The notes: generated by a model from the sequence alone, not told the origin. A DNA stretch of 64,000 nucleotides from Mobula hypostoma (GCF_963921235.1 NC_086097.1:56484001-56548000), one strand, 5' to 3'; shown: positions 40,232-53,044, counted from the first letter of the stretch. Numbers and translations are program-made.

Positions 40232-41239
40232 CAACACACACAAAATGCTGGAGGAACTCAACAGGTCAGGCAGCTTCTCTGGAAAAAAGTACAGTCGACG
40301 TTTCGTGCCGAGACCCTTCGGCAGGACTGGAGAAAAAAAGATGAGGAGTAGATATAAAAGGTGGGGAGGGGGGGATAGAAACACAAGGTGATAGGTGAAA
40401 ATGGGAGGGGGAGGAATGATGTAAAGAGCTGGGAAGTTGATTGGTGAAAGAGATACCAGACTGGAGAAGGGGAATCTGATAGGAGAGGGCAGAACGCCAT
40501 AGGAGAAAGAAAAGTGGGAGGAGCACCAGAGGGAGGCGATAGGAAGGCAAGGAGATAAGGTGAGAGAGGGAAAAGGGGATGGGAAACAGTGAAAGAGGGA
40601 GGGGGGGCCATTACCGGAAGTTAGAGAAGTCAATGTTCATGCCATCAGGTTGGAGGCTACCCAGACGGAATATAAGGTGTTGTTCCTCCAACCTGAGAGT
40701 GGCCTCATCGTGACAGTAGAAGAGGCCATGGATTGACAATTCAGAATGGGAATGGGAAGTGGAATTAAAATGGGTGGCCACAGGGAGATCTTGCTTCTTC
40801 TGACGGACAAAGCATAAGTGCTCAGCAAATCAGTCTCCTAATCTACGTCGGGTCTCACCAATCTTAAGGAGGCCACTCCGGGAGCACCGGACAGAGTATA
40901 TAAATAACCCCAACAGGCTCACGGGTGAAGTGTCACGTCACCTGGAAAGACTGTTTGGGGCCCTGAATGGTAGTGAGGGAGGAGGTGTAGGGACAGGCAC
41001 TTGTTCCGTTTGTAAGGAGGGAGATTAGTGGGAGGGACAAATGGACAAGGGAGTTGCGCAGGGAGCAATCCTTGCGGCAGAAGTTCTGGAGAATTACTGC
41101 TGGATGTGGGAGCTGGTGGGGTGGTAGGTGAGGCCAAGAGGATCAGTGGGGAGGGATGAGTGAACCAGGGACTCTCTCAGCTGCCTGGGCTTTTGTGTGT
41201 GTTGCTTGGATTTCCAGCATCTGCAGACTTTCTCTTGTT
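40232..41239 (-). mobile_element. Penelope-like element with a short inverted 3' tail at its 5' junction
   Basis: GIY-YIG region and 3' UTR on minus (40232 to about 41160), then a plus-strand tail (about 41180-41239). TSD TGTTGCTT(T/C)ATGT at 40219-40231 and 41240-41252. Confidence 0.88.
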
Positions 41240-43014
41240 TGTTGCTTCATGTTATCAGCTTTTCATCAGACTTTTGTTATTTCATAGAAAAATAAATAGG
41301 CAGACAAAAAAAAACACCAAAACCCCATACTCTAAAGAGGCAAGATCTCCAACAGAACATGTGCAACTGGTCAAGCAGCTTTTGTAGAGAGAAACGGGAC
41401 AAAACTAGGAAGAGTTAGAGATGATAAACAGGTTTCAAAAATGGGGTGTGGTGGAGAGAGATTTGTAAGAAAGAGCCAGAGAAGAATGGAAGGCAGTGGA
41501 AATGAAATGACAGGCGTTGTTAAGGTGCACGGTGTAAATGTAGAGTAATTATTTGAAATTACCACAGAAATGCAGAGGAATGCTGAAAATATGAAGCAAA
41601 GCTGCTGGAAGTGCTCATTAACTGAAAATGTTGAACTCAATGTCAAGTTTATTCTGAAGGTGATACATTGAACTTCATTGCAGGAGGCCAGGAGCAGATG
41701 CCTGAGGGTGGGAGTGAGACAGTGAATTAAGGTGACAGGAAAATCGGTTATATTCCAAATGGCATTATTTAGTTCTGTAGCAATGTGAAGCAAATCAATA
41801 AATGTGTTACAGGATGCTGGTGATTTTCCAGTCAAACCTTCAGTATGATCCCTCACCAAGATCACCAGTTGAATGACAGCAGTTTTATTCCGTTAAATGC
41901 AGAATGTAACCAGTCAATTTGTAGAATCTCACCTACCAATATTAAATTGTATATTGAAATTTCAGTAATAGTATGTCATTTCAGCAAATCAGCCCGAACC
42001 CAAACCCATTACATGACAAATCACACAGTTTCCTTTACAAAAGTGCAGGCTAAATGCTGGTACTGCAGTTCTCTTTGAAAGGCCCCTCATAAATACTTAT
42101 AATGTCAGTACTGCCACCTAATGTCTGTGATAAATTATTGCCAAGTCAACAATAATTTATCACAGACGTGCAGGAAACTTGATTCGCTATTGTCATTTTC
42201 ATTGCTTAACATTCTAACCACGTCCAGAGGGGTCCAGCCAGTGACTAAGCTCAGCCCAGTCAAAGTCGGCATCATCCACTTGTTACAATGGGAACCTGCC
42301 CTTCATATTCCCATAACACCTGTCAGACTTATGCCCAGATGATGAGGTCACCAGTCAGGGGCTTGGAAATTAAAGAACATCCCCCTAGATTCACTTGATT
42401 TTGGGAGCGATCACTCAGGGATATCTTGGAAGGACAGATACAGTGACCATTGCTGGATCACATCCCTCCATCCTAGGAAACAGAGAAAACAAAATTTTAT
42501 TGCATGTTTGTTTGCCATTGCAGCTTATCATTCATTCTTCTGTCTGACTGGCAAGTTTTTACCTATTTTGTCACAGTTAGAAACTTACTAGTAATGGCTT
42601 CTTTCTTTCTAATTCCACCCTCAGCCTTACCACTGGTATACCTGGGAATCTACCCCTGCAGCTTCATATACTATACGTCATCCTTATGCTACTCCTCAGA
42701 AACCTCACCTAATTACACAACATCTACTTCCCCATGTAAATGTACAGCATATGGTTCACCTTAACGTAACCTATCATCACTCTTTCTACCCCTCTCAAAT
42801 TGTCAGACTTTCTCGGACACTGTATCAGATGAACAAGACTGACTTAACTGATTTCCATCCTGTCTCAAATTCTTTTCTCAGCCAATTCGCTCCATTCCTA
42901 AGTTTTGCATCTTTTTGAAATACAACCTGACACTTCCCAATTTCAGTCAAATTTGGTACCTCAATAACATGAAACACTCTCACAGTTAAAAGCTTCTTCA
43001 ATAACAGTTAAAAG

Positions 43015-43697
43015 TGCAAGGGGGTTTCGATTTTTATGTTACTGCAGAGGCAAATTAAAATGGCGTCTTTGTTATGTTAATCTGGGGAATGCAGCTTTGT
43101 TGCGTTAAACGCTGAGAAAGTTTGCGCTAGCAGCGTGTTTTGGTTTAGAGGGTGATAAGAAATACGTTATTAACCAATTGGGATAGTTGTTATGGTTTTG
43201 GTGTATTTGAAGATACCGTATGTGCGGGGTTTTGGGGCAGAAGGCGGGAGAGCGAGACAGAGGATGGACGAGGTGCTGTGAGTCCGCTAACGGGGTCGGA
43301 CCCCGAGCGGGACGTTCGGCGAGGAGACGGAGACGGACTCGTGTGGAGCGTCTGGTCGACCACCGTTGTTGGTCCCAGGCGGCCGGTCGAGGTGGTCCGA
43401 GGGGTCGCAGGGTGAAGAAGAAGGTCCTTGAGCTCCAACGGTTTTTGTGCACAAAGAGATTGAACTTTGATAAGTGTGGCGCCTTTTATATTTTATTCTC
43501 TTTTAATTATATAGTTCCAGTAATATCTATAAACTGTAAATCATTTAATTGCATCTGGTGTATTGTCTGTTATTTGGGCGGGGTGGGGTACCTCACACAG
43601 CATCCACACAAACAAATTACCCAGTTTGCCGGGGCCGAGGCTGTTTCCCTAGACGACAGCGAGCCGAGCGACCCTGAGGGTGGCCAGGGAGGCTACA
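43015..43697. mobile_element. Solo LTR (683 bp), CpG-rich
   Basis: Begins TG (TGCAAGGGGG) and ends CA (GGCTACA). 4-bp TSD AAAG (43011-43014 and 43698-43701). Splits a host repeat unit GTTAAAAG|CTTCTTCAA. Confidence 0.8.
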
Positions 43698-44159
43698 AAA
43701 GCTTCTTCAAATTTGTTACCTCAATAACATGAAACACTCTCCCAGTTAAAAGCTTCTTTCATGCCTTAGTTACCACTAGACGCTACTATTTCAATGTACT
43801 TCTGGCTGAATTCCCTGATACTACTCTGTATCAGATCATCTAAACCCTAACTGTCCATGTCCTAAATTGCATAAACTTCCATTTGTCCTTCAGCTGTGCT
43901 TTCTGGCCTCAGATTAAACAATGCATCAACTTTAAGATTTTCACCCTTGCTCCAAAATGCCTGTGAGGCCCTCCTTTGAGTAATCTTCTCACTGTTCACT
44001 CCAATCCTGACTGCCTGCCAATATCCTCGTGGCCTCAGCTCACACATTCACCGAACCTGTACCTTGCCCAGCTACATTACGTATTCTTCCTTTCTCATGC
44101 CTCCACCCATGACCACCAATCACTTTTATTATATCCATTCCCTAGACCCCCAATGCCAG

Positions 44160-44992
44160 GCAAAATCTTCAAATGCCGTTTACACAGCAAATTTGCCAAT
44201 GACACTACTGTTGCTGGCAAAATCTCAGCCTGTGATAAAGAGGCGCACAGGAGCGAGGTAGTTTAGCTGATTGAATGGTGTTGCTACAACAACCTTGCAT
44301 TCAATGTCAACAAGACCAAGAAGTTGATTGTGGACTTCAGGAAATGAAAGTCAGGAGAACACACATAAGTCCTCATTTAGGAGTCAAGAGCAGAAAGGGT
44401 GAGCAGTTTCATGTTCCTGGGTGTCGACTCCTCAGAGGATCTATCCTCAGTCCAACATATTGATGCAATCATGAAGAAGGCATGCCAGTATCTATCAGGA
44501 GTTTAAGGAGATTTGGTATGCCACCAAAGACTCAAGCCAAATTCTGCAGATAAACTGTGGAGAACATTCTGAAAAGTTGTTTCATCACCTGATAAGGAGG
44601 CTCCAAAGCACAGGATCGAAAAAAGTTGCAGAGGGTTGTAGGCTCAACCAGCTCCATCACGGGCACCAGCCTCCCCAGCATCGAGAGCATCTTCAAAAAC
44701 AGACGCTTCATAGAAGGTGACCCTCACTATCCAGGACATGCCCTCTTCTCACTACCACCATCAGAAAGGCGGTACAGAAGCCCGAAGATGCACACCCAAC
44801 ATCTCACACCTTTATCCCCTCTGATTTCTGAATGGTCTCTACATCCTCTCACTTTGCTCTCTTTTTGCACTATGTATTCAGTTTTTCTATTTCTTAGAAC
44901 TTAGAGCAATATTTTTTATACATTGCACTGTGCAGCTGCTGCAAAACAACACATTTCATGACATATGCCAGTGATAACAAACCTGATTCTGA
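44160..44992 (+). mobile_element. Rex1/Babar-type LINE 3' portion, decayed
   Basis: KFANDTTV, NVNKTKKLIVDF and DPHYPGHALFSLPPS. Tail AAACCTGATTCTGA. Confidence 0.85.
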
Positions 44993-45157
44993 ATTTGTTC
45001 ACTACACACACCTCCCTCACAGATTTGCAGCCAACTGATTTCCTTGGCCAGCTCCGAATAGTTTCTGTCTGCAGGGTCTGGTCTTTCAAACGCGTCCCCT
45101 GGCACCGCTAACGTGACAGAGGTTCACAGCCAGGGAAATAGGAGCATCACAAATCTA

Positions 45158-45715
45158 TTGGAATTGGAATTGATTTGTTATGGTCATATGTATCAACATA
45201 GAGTGAAAATCTTGTCTTGCATTCTGTTCATACCGACCAAATAATTATGCACTTCACTGAGGTAGTAGAAGGTACAACAATAACAATACAGGATAAAGTT
45301 TAACAGCTACATAGGAAGTAGACACTAAGTTGTAAGGCCATAAAGAGTTAGACTGTGAGGTCAAGAGTCTTCTCATCATGCAAAGGAAACCTTATAACAG
45401 TGGCACAGAAGATGTCCTTGAGCCTGGTGGTATTTGCTTTCAGACTTTTCTATCTTTTTCCTAAAGGGGGAGGGGAGAAGAGAGCACATCTGGGGTGGAT
45501 GGGGTCTTTGATTTACTGGCTGCTTTACTGAGGCAACAGAAAGTATTTTGGGAGGCCAGCTTCCATTATGTACTGAGCTGTGGCCATAACTCTGCAGTTT
45601 CTTGCAGGCAGAGCAGTTGCTATACCACGCTATGATGCATCCTGATAGGATGCATTCAATGGTGCATCAATAAAAATTGGTCAGGGTCAAAGGGGACATA
45701 GAGAGGAGCTAATGA
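45158..45715 (-). mobile_element. Old Rex1/L2-type LINE 3' fragment
   Basis: (AATTCC)n-type tail near 45158 and decayed similarity to the Rex1 copy at 13500-13870. Confidence 0.6.
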
Positions 45716-45826
45716 ACAGTATAACTTCAAACAACAGGAATTCTGCAGATGCTGGAAATTCAAGCAACATACATCAAAGTTGCTGGTGAACGCAGCAGGC
45801 CAAGCAGCATCTATAGGAAGAGGCGC

Positions 45827-45862
45827 AGTCGACGTTTCAGGCCGAGACCCTTCGTCAGGACT
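45827..45862 (-). ncRNA. Minimal hammerhead ribozyme motif
   Basis: AGUC-CUGACGA-AGGGUCUCGGCCU-GAAA-CGUC-GACU on the minus strand. Confidence 0.68.
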
Positions 45863-47358
45863 AACTGAAGGAAGAGTGAGTAAGGGATTTGAAAGCTGGA
45901 GGGGGAGGGGGAGATGCAAAATGATAGGAGAAGACAGGAGGGGGAGGGATAGAGCCGAGAGCTGGACAGGTGATAGGCAAAAGGGGATACGAGAGGATCA
46001 TGGGACAGGAGGTCCGGGAAGAAAGACAAGGAGGGGGGGGTGACCCAGAGGATGGGCAAGAGGTATATTCAGAGGGACAGGGGGAGAAAAAGGAGAGTGA
46101 GAGAAAGAATGTGTGCATAAAAATGAGTAACATATGGGGTACGAGGGGGAAGTGGGGCCTTAGCGGAAGTTAGACAAGTCGATGTTCATGCCATCAGGTT
46201 GGAGGCTACCCAGATGGAATATAAGGTGTTGTTCCTCCAACCTGAGTGTGGCTTCATCTTTACAGTAGAGGAGGCCGTGAATAGACATGTCAGAATGGGA
46301 ATGGGATGTGGAATTAAAATGTGTGGCCACTGGGAGATCCTGCTTTCTCTGGCGGACAGAGCGTAGATGTTCAGCAAAGCGGTCTCCCAGTCTGCGTCGG
46401 GTCTCACCAATATATAAAAGGCCACATCGGGAGCACCGGACGCAGTATATCACCCCAGTCAACTCACAGGTGAAGTGATGCCTCACCTGGAAGGACTGTT
46501 TGGGGCCCTGAATGGTGGTAAGGGAGGAAGTGTAAGGGCCCTCCCCCCCCCTCTGCATTCCGCAGGGATCGCTCCCTACACAATTCCCTTGTCCATTCGT
46601 CCCCCCCATCCCTCCCATCCCTCCCCACTGATCTCCCTCCTGGAACTTATCCGTGTAAGCGGAACAAGTGCTACACATGCCCTTACACTTCCTCCCTTAC
46701 CACCATTCAGGGCCCCAAACAGTCCTTCCAGGTGAGGCATCACTTCACCTGTGAGTTGACTGGGGTGGTGATATACTGCGTCCGGTGCTCCCGATGTGGC
46801 CTTCTATATATTGGCGAGACCCGACGCAGACTGGGAGACCGCTTTGCTGAACACCTACGCTCTGTCCGCGAGAGAAAGCAGGATCTCCCAGTGGCCACAC
46901 ATTTTAATTCCACATCCCATTCCCATTCTGACATGTCTATCCACGGCCTCCTCTACTGTAAAGATGAAGCCACACTCAGGTTGGAGGAACAACACCTTAT
47001 GTTCCGTCTGGGTAGCCTCCAACCTGATGGCATGAACATCGACTTCTCTAACTTCCGCTAAGGCCCCACCTCCCCCTCGTACCCCATCTGTTACTCATTT
47101 TTATGCACACATTCTTTCTCTCACTCTCCTTTTTCTCCCCCTGTCCCTCTGAATATACCTCTTGCCCATCCTCTGGGTCACCCCCCCCTCCTTGTCTTTC
47201 TTCCCGGACCTCCTGTCCCATGATCCTCTCGTATCCCCTTTTGCCTATCACCTGTCCAGCTCTCGGCTCTATCCCTCCCCCTCCTGTCTTCTCCTATCAT
47301 TTTGCATCTCCCCCTCCCCCTCCAGCTTTCAAATCCCTTACTCACTCTTCCTTCAGTT

Positions 47359-47394
47359 AGTCCTGACGAAGGGTCTCAGCCTGAAACGTCGACT
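47359..47394 (+). ncRNA. Minimal hammerhead ribozyme motif
   Basis: AGUC-CUGACGA-AGGGUCUCAGCCU-GAAA-CGUC-GACU. Confidence 0.65.
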
Positions 47395-47619
47395 GCGCCT
47401 CTTCCTATAGATGCTGCTTGGCCTGCTGCGTTCACCAGCAACTTTGATGTATGTTGCTTAGTATAACTTCAACACAGTTCTCCACTGCTACAGAGGTTCA
47501 AGCCCAACAAATTTAGCCTTGCTACTTACTGCTAGAGGATAGTGCTGCTCACCAAATGCTGAGTGACAACTTGGAAACAACAAGGAGATTGGGAGAAGTG
47601 GTGAAAAGCGAAAATGTCA

Positions 47620-47960
47620 GAACATCCCAAATCACTTCAGGGACAGTGAATTATTTTTAAAAATTATGTCACTGTTTCAATGTCAGAAAAGTGGCATTCA
47701 CTTTGCAATCAACAAGATCCCACATTTCTACAATAGCAATAAACAGGGACCAGAGATACTACTACTACCCCATCAACTCAGGCCTAGAGATACCGTGTTT
47801 TAACGTGCGATTTAGGGGTCCACATCCCTGTCCTTCGAGCAACTCTCCATTTATTGCTTCATCTCAAAGACAGCATGTCCCATAGTGCAACACTCCCCAG
47901 CACTGCACCGCAGCACCAGCCCTTGATTTCTGTCCTCAATTCTTTTAGTTGGAATTGATC
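47620..47960 (-). mobile_element. Ancient DeuSINE-like remnant (second related copy at about 50915-51177)
   Basis: AAGATCCCACA...TCATCTCAAAGACAGCA...AGTGCAACACTCCCCAGCACTGCAC resembles the reverse complement of DeuSINE as recalled. Confidence 0.55.
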
Positions 47961-48664
47961 TGAAAGGAGCTGGTTTCATAAAATTTAATGTCACTTTAAC
48001 CTTTATGGCAAATGAGAACTATTGCCGTCTTGAAAATGATTACAAATCAGCCTGCAGCAGATGGCACAGCTCGGTGCCTGTTGCTGTGCGGAGAAACAGG
48101 AGAGTGTCTTTCACAGCCAGATAGACACAGTGACGTGTTTTAATCTGGACCTTTGGAGCAGTGACTCTTCCATTCAGCCAGCAGGTTACCAGCTTCCAGC
48201 TGCTACCTCCACCTGCTCATTTGAATTCAACGATTCACTCGACCACTAACCAAAGTCAACCTGTTGTAAAGATGTGTCTGGAGGCTGGCGAATGATATAT
48301 GACGCAATTTGACCCCTACAATGCAAGCCAGTATGTATCCCCCATTTGAATTATTTCAAGTCTTTCCTAATATAAATCTTTCAGCGTCACTCTCCATTCC
48401 CTTCTCCCTTATATTCTTGTCCAATCTGCCTTTAAATGCTCCAATTTTATTTGCTTCAACTATTCCGGGTGGAATCAATTCCACATTCTCACCACCTTCT
48501 GAGCAAAGATGTCCCTTCAGAATTCCAACTGGATTTCTTACGGACTGCCTTCTTATGATTCTCTCCAGTTATATTCATCTGTACATTCTGTATTTCTCTT
48601 TATATCCACTGTATCAAAATCATTCAGAATTTTAAAAACCTTTATCCGATGCTTTTTCAAGGGA

Positions 48665-50615
48665 CAAACATGAGAAAATCTGCAGGTGCTGGAAATCCAA
48701 AGCAGCACACACAAAATGCTGGAGGAACTCAGCAGATCAGGCAGCATCTATGGAAAAGAATAAACAGTCGATGTTTTGGGCCATGACCCTTCATCAGGAC
48801 TGGAAAGGAAGGGGAGAAGTCAGGATAAGAAGGTGGGGGCGATGAGGAAGAAGTACAAGGTGGCAGGTAATAGGTGAAACCAGGAGAGGAGGAGGGGGTG
48901 AAGTGAAGAGCTGGGAAGTTGATTGGTGAAAGAGATAAAGGACTATAGTAGGGGGAATCAGGTAAGAGAAGACAGCAGACCATGGAAGAACGGGAAGTCA
49001 GAGGAGCACCAGAAGGAGTTGGTGGGCAGGTAAGGAGATAAGGTGAGAGAGGGAAACAAGAATGGGAAATGGTGAAGGAAAGGAGGAGGGGGGTGGCAAT
49101 TACCCGAAGTTCAAGAAATCGATGTTTATGCCATCAAGTTGGAGGGTACCCAGACAGAATATAAGGTGTTGCTCCTCCAACCTGAGTGTGGCCTCATCCT
49201 GGCAGTACAGGAGGCCATGGACTAACATGTCGAAATGGGAATGGGAAGTAGAATTGAAACAGGTGGCCACTGGGAAATCCCGCTTCTTGTAGCGGATGGA
49301 GTGAAGGTGCTCAACAAAGCAATCTCCCAAAACTTTGCCTCCAACTTCCACCCTGCCCTCAAAATTACTTGGTCAATTTCTGACATCTCTCTCACCTTTC
49401 TTGAACTTTCTATCTCCATCTCCTGAGACAGTCAACCTACTCATAATTTTTATGAACCCATTGACTCCTTTCCTCAGCTCCCCTGTTTCTGCCACATCTA
49501 CTCTCAGGTTGAGGTTTTCAACTGAGATGTCCTCCTTCTTCAAAAAAAGGGACTTCCCTTCCTCCACCAACAATGCTGCCCTCACCCGCATCTCTTCCAT
49601 TTCATGCACAGCCGCCCTCACCCCATCCTCCCGCTGCCATACCAGGTTCCTCTTGTCCTCACTTACCACCCCACAAGCATCCAGCACATAATTCTCAGTA
49701 ACGTCCGCCACCTCCAACGGGATCCCACAGCCAAGCACATTGTTCCCAGAGCCCCCTCATTTTCCATAGTGATCGCCCCCTATGAGACTCCCTTGCTCAC
49801 GTGTCCCTCCCCACTGATATCCTTCTTGGCACTTATCCTTGCAAGCAGAACAAGTGCCACACCTCCTCCTTCACAACCATTCAGGGCCCCAAACAGTCCT
49901 TCTAGGTTAGGCACCACTTCACCTGCGAGTCTGTCGTGGTCATCTACTATACAGTATCCGGTGCTCCCGATGTGGCCTCCTGTATTTCGGTGAGACCTGA
50001 TGTAGATTGGGAGACTGCTTTGTTGTGCACCATTGCTCTGTCCTCTGCAAAAAGCGGGATTTCCTGGTGGCTACCCATTTCAGTTTTACTTCCCATTCCC
50101 ACTCTGACATGTCAGTCCATTGCTGCGGAAAGGCCACACTCAGGCTGAAGGAGCAGCAACTTATATTCTGTCTGGGTAGCCTTCAACCTGAGGGCATGAA
50201 TATCGATTTCTCAATCTTCCGGTAATTGTCCCCCCCACCTTCACCATTCCCCATTCTCGTTTCCCTCACTCAGCTTCTCTTCTTACCTGCCCATTACTTT
50301 CCTCCGATAATCCTCCCCCTTCCCTTTCTTCCAAAGTCTGCTGTCCTCTCCTACCAGATTCCCCTTTCTCCAGCCCTTTATCTCTTTCACCAATCAACAT
50401 CCCAGATATTCACTTCACCCCTCGCCCTCTCCCGGTTTCACTTATCACCTACCACCTTGTACTTCTTCTTCCCATCCCCCAACCTTCTTATTCTGAATTT
50501 TCCCCCTCCCTTTCACGTCCTGATGAAGGGTCTCGGCCAGAAAAACCGACTGTTTACTCCTTTCCATAGATGCTGCCTGACCTGCTGAGTTCCTCCAGCA
50601 TTTTGTGTGTGCTGC
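48665..50615. mobile_element. Older head-to-head Penelope-like insertion
   Basis: Minus arm to about 49325 (ORF 49100-49351, RLEEQHLIFCLG). Plus arm about 49330-50615 (RT C-terminus, GIY-YIG, ORF 50007-50225). Degenerate hammerheads near 48767-48801 and 50517-50551. Confidence 0.88.
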
Positions 50616-51176
50616 TTTCTCAAGTGAAGTCTGTTCACTCTCACCTGAAATGTATACCCCTGGATTTCTGATACCAAGTGCAGGAGTGAAAGTTCAACAT
50701 GCCATTCTGCTGCTGTAGAGATTCTACCCAACAAACGTCGCCATGGTCCTTACCACAGGAGGGAACTGCGGCTCATCAGATGCTGGGCGTTACACAAGCA
50801 ACCTGACCAGCTGAAAACAATCGGGAGGAGTGGGAGGGTGGGGGAGACAGAGCTCCAATTTGTGAGAATCATCTGCTTAAAAAAAAAATCATTCTTACAC
50901 TTCTGTCCCTTTTAGAACATCGCAGATCACTATAGGTCAACTGAAGTACTTTTAAGTGTTGTCACTGTTTTAGTGGCATCCACTTAGCAATCAACAAGAT
51001 CCCACATTCCCACAACAGCAATTATGAGCCTAGAGATTTAATGATGTGATTTAAGGGCAACATCTGTGTGCTTCAAGCAAACTCTGAGTCTCAGTTTATT
51101 ACCTCATCCGAATGACAGCACTTCCCACAGTGCAACACAGCCCAGCTCTGCACTGCAGCATCAGCCCTGATTTTGT

Positions 51177-52880
51177 CATAGAGTCATGAGTCATACAGCA
51201 ATAGAGTAGGGATACAGAACCTTTGGCCCAACAGATCCATGCCAACCATGGTGCCCACCCATCTGGTGCCAATTTCCTGCATTCTGCCTTTATTCCTCTA
51301 AGCCCTGCCCCTGCATGTACCTATCCAACAGCTTCTTAAATAATACTACTGTACCTGCCTCAGCAAATTGTTCTGGTAGCTCGTTCCATATACTCATCAC
51401 CCTCTGCATGAAAAACTTGTCTCTCAAGTCCCTTTTAAGTCTTTCACCTCTCACCCTAAACCTATGCCCCTAGATTCCCCCTCCCTAGGGAAAAGACCCT
51501 CATAGTAAGTCCTCCAAATGATCACCCCTCCTTCTCCAACATCCTGAATAAAGAGCGAGCCTGGCCAGTGTCTTCTTGTAACTCAGCCCTCTAGTCCTGG
51601 CGACATCCTTGTAAATCTTTTCTACACCCTTTCCAGTTTAACTGTGTATTTCCTATAGCAGGAACTAAAACTATGCACAGTACTCCAGGTGTGACCTCAC
51701 TGATGATTGCAATATAACATTCAAGCTCCTTTACTCGGTATTCTGACCGATGAAGTGTTCTGAATGCCTTTCCCACCACACTATCTACCTGTAATGCTGC
51801 TTTCAATGAACTATGCTCTCTACTCCTAGATCCCCCTGCTCCACTACACTCCCTGCCACCATTTATAGTACAAGTCCTACGCTGGTTTGACTTTCCAAAA
51901 TGTATTACTCACACTCATCTGTATTGAGATCTACTTGCCAGTCCTCGACCCATTATCCTAACTGATCAAGGTCCCCCTGTTATCTACGGTAACCTTCTTC
52001 ACTGACAACACCCCCCCTAATTTCATATCATCTGCAAACTGACTGATCAAGTCTTGTGCATTTGCATCCAAATTATTTATGTAAATAACTAAAGCCCCTA
52101 CAGCACACCAATAGCTACCGGCTTCGATTCTGAGAAACAACCTCCAATCACCACCCTCTGCTTCCTACTTCCAAGTCAATTTTGAATCCCCCAAACTAGC
52201 TCTCTCTGGATTCCATGGGACCTAATCTTCCAAACCAACCTACCATGCCGGACTTTGTTGAAGGCCTTGCTCAGATTGGAACAGACAACATCCACTACTC
52301 TTCCCTCATATACCTTTTATGGTATCTCTTCAAACAACTCTGAAAGGTTCAATGACTTCACTTTCAAGGACTCTACAACTTAAGTTCTCCATATTATTTA
52401 TTTATTAATTTATTCTTTTTTTGTGTATTTGCATATTGGTTGTTTGTCAGTCTTTATGTGTCGTTTTTCATTGACTCTTATTATTTCACCTGCAAGAAAG
52501 TGGGTATCAGAGATGGTGACATATATGTACTTTTATAATAAATTTACTTTGAACTTTGAAGCATGACTGTCCACACACAAAGCTACACTCACTCCTCCAA
52601 ATAAGACTCTGTCTATCCAAATGATGGTAGATCCTGTTTGTCAGAATTCCCTCTAGTCACTTCTCCACCACTGATGTCAGGCTGAATTCCCTGAATTATC
52701 CTTGCTATATTTCCTGAACAAAAGAACATCCTGGTCTTTGGGAACTTCATCTGTGCCTAAGGATGAAGCAAAATTTACCCAACAGCCTCCATAATTTCTC
52801 TTCTAGACTCCCACAAAGTCCAAGAGTGCATCTGGTTAGGCCCAAGGGATTTATCCACCTTCATGCACAGTAGGGTCAGA
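51177..52880 (-). mobile_element. CR1 LINE, decayed, with a nested Rex1 3' tail (about 52345-52560, +)
   Basis: ORF 51958-52140 (IYINNLD, SQFADDMKL) and ORF 52775-53023 (VDKSLGPNQMH). CR1 tail near 51177. Confidence 0.85.
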
Positions 52881-53044
52881 CCCTGACGATTAATGGGCTG
52901 CTTTCGGAGTGAAATTGATCTGAAAGGGGTCAGTTTCCTTAAACAGACACTGTAACCTTGAGCACAACTGGGAACTGTTCTGCTCCTGAGCATAATTTCT
53001 GTTGACCCGTATGTCCAGAGCAATTGGCAAGTTCAACCAATTTC

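Larger units (their letters stand above)
45731..47459. mobile_element. Young Penelope-like insertion forming a head-to-head inverted repeat (two GIY-YIG/3'UTR/hammerhead arms)
   Basis: Minus arm 45731 to about 46539 and plus arm about 46540-47459. Mirror GIY-YIG ORFs at 46160-46678(-) and 46732-47061(+). Cys linker PCKRNKCYTCP. Perfect 13-bp TSD AGTATAACTTCAA (45718-45730 and 47460-47472). Confidence 0.95.

Noticed and set aside
43105..43732. Several overlapping 80-170-aa ORFs on both strands
   Set aside because: By-product of the GC-rich solo LTR, which has few stop codons. No domain motifs.
42948..43760. 50-bp direct repeats as a giant TSD
   Set aside because: The LTR has its own 4-bp TSD and TG/CA ends. 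The longer repeat is a host duplication that the LTR interrupts.
46160..47061. GIY-YIG ORFs as domesticated host nuclease genes or an active element
   Set aside because: They are 5'-truncated PLE fragments with no RT and no authentic start; multi-copy and TSD-flanked.
48650..50627. TSD for the older PLE palindrome (TTTTTCAAGGGA / TTTCTCAAGTGA)
   Set aside because: Two mismatches in 12 AT-rich bases. Plausible but not counted as evidence.
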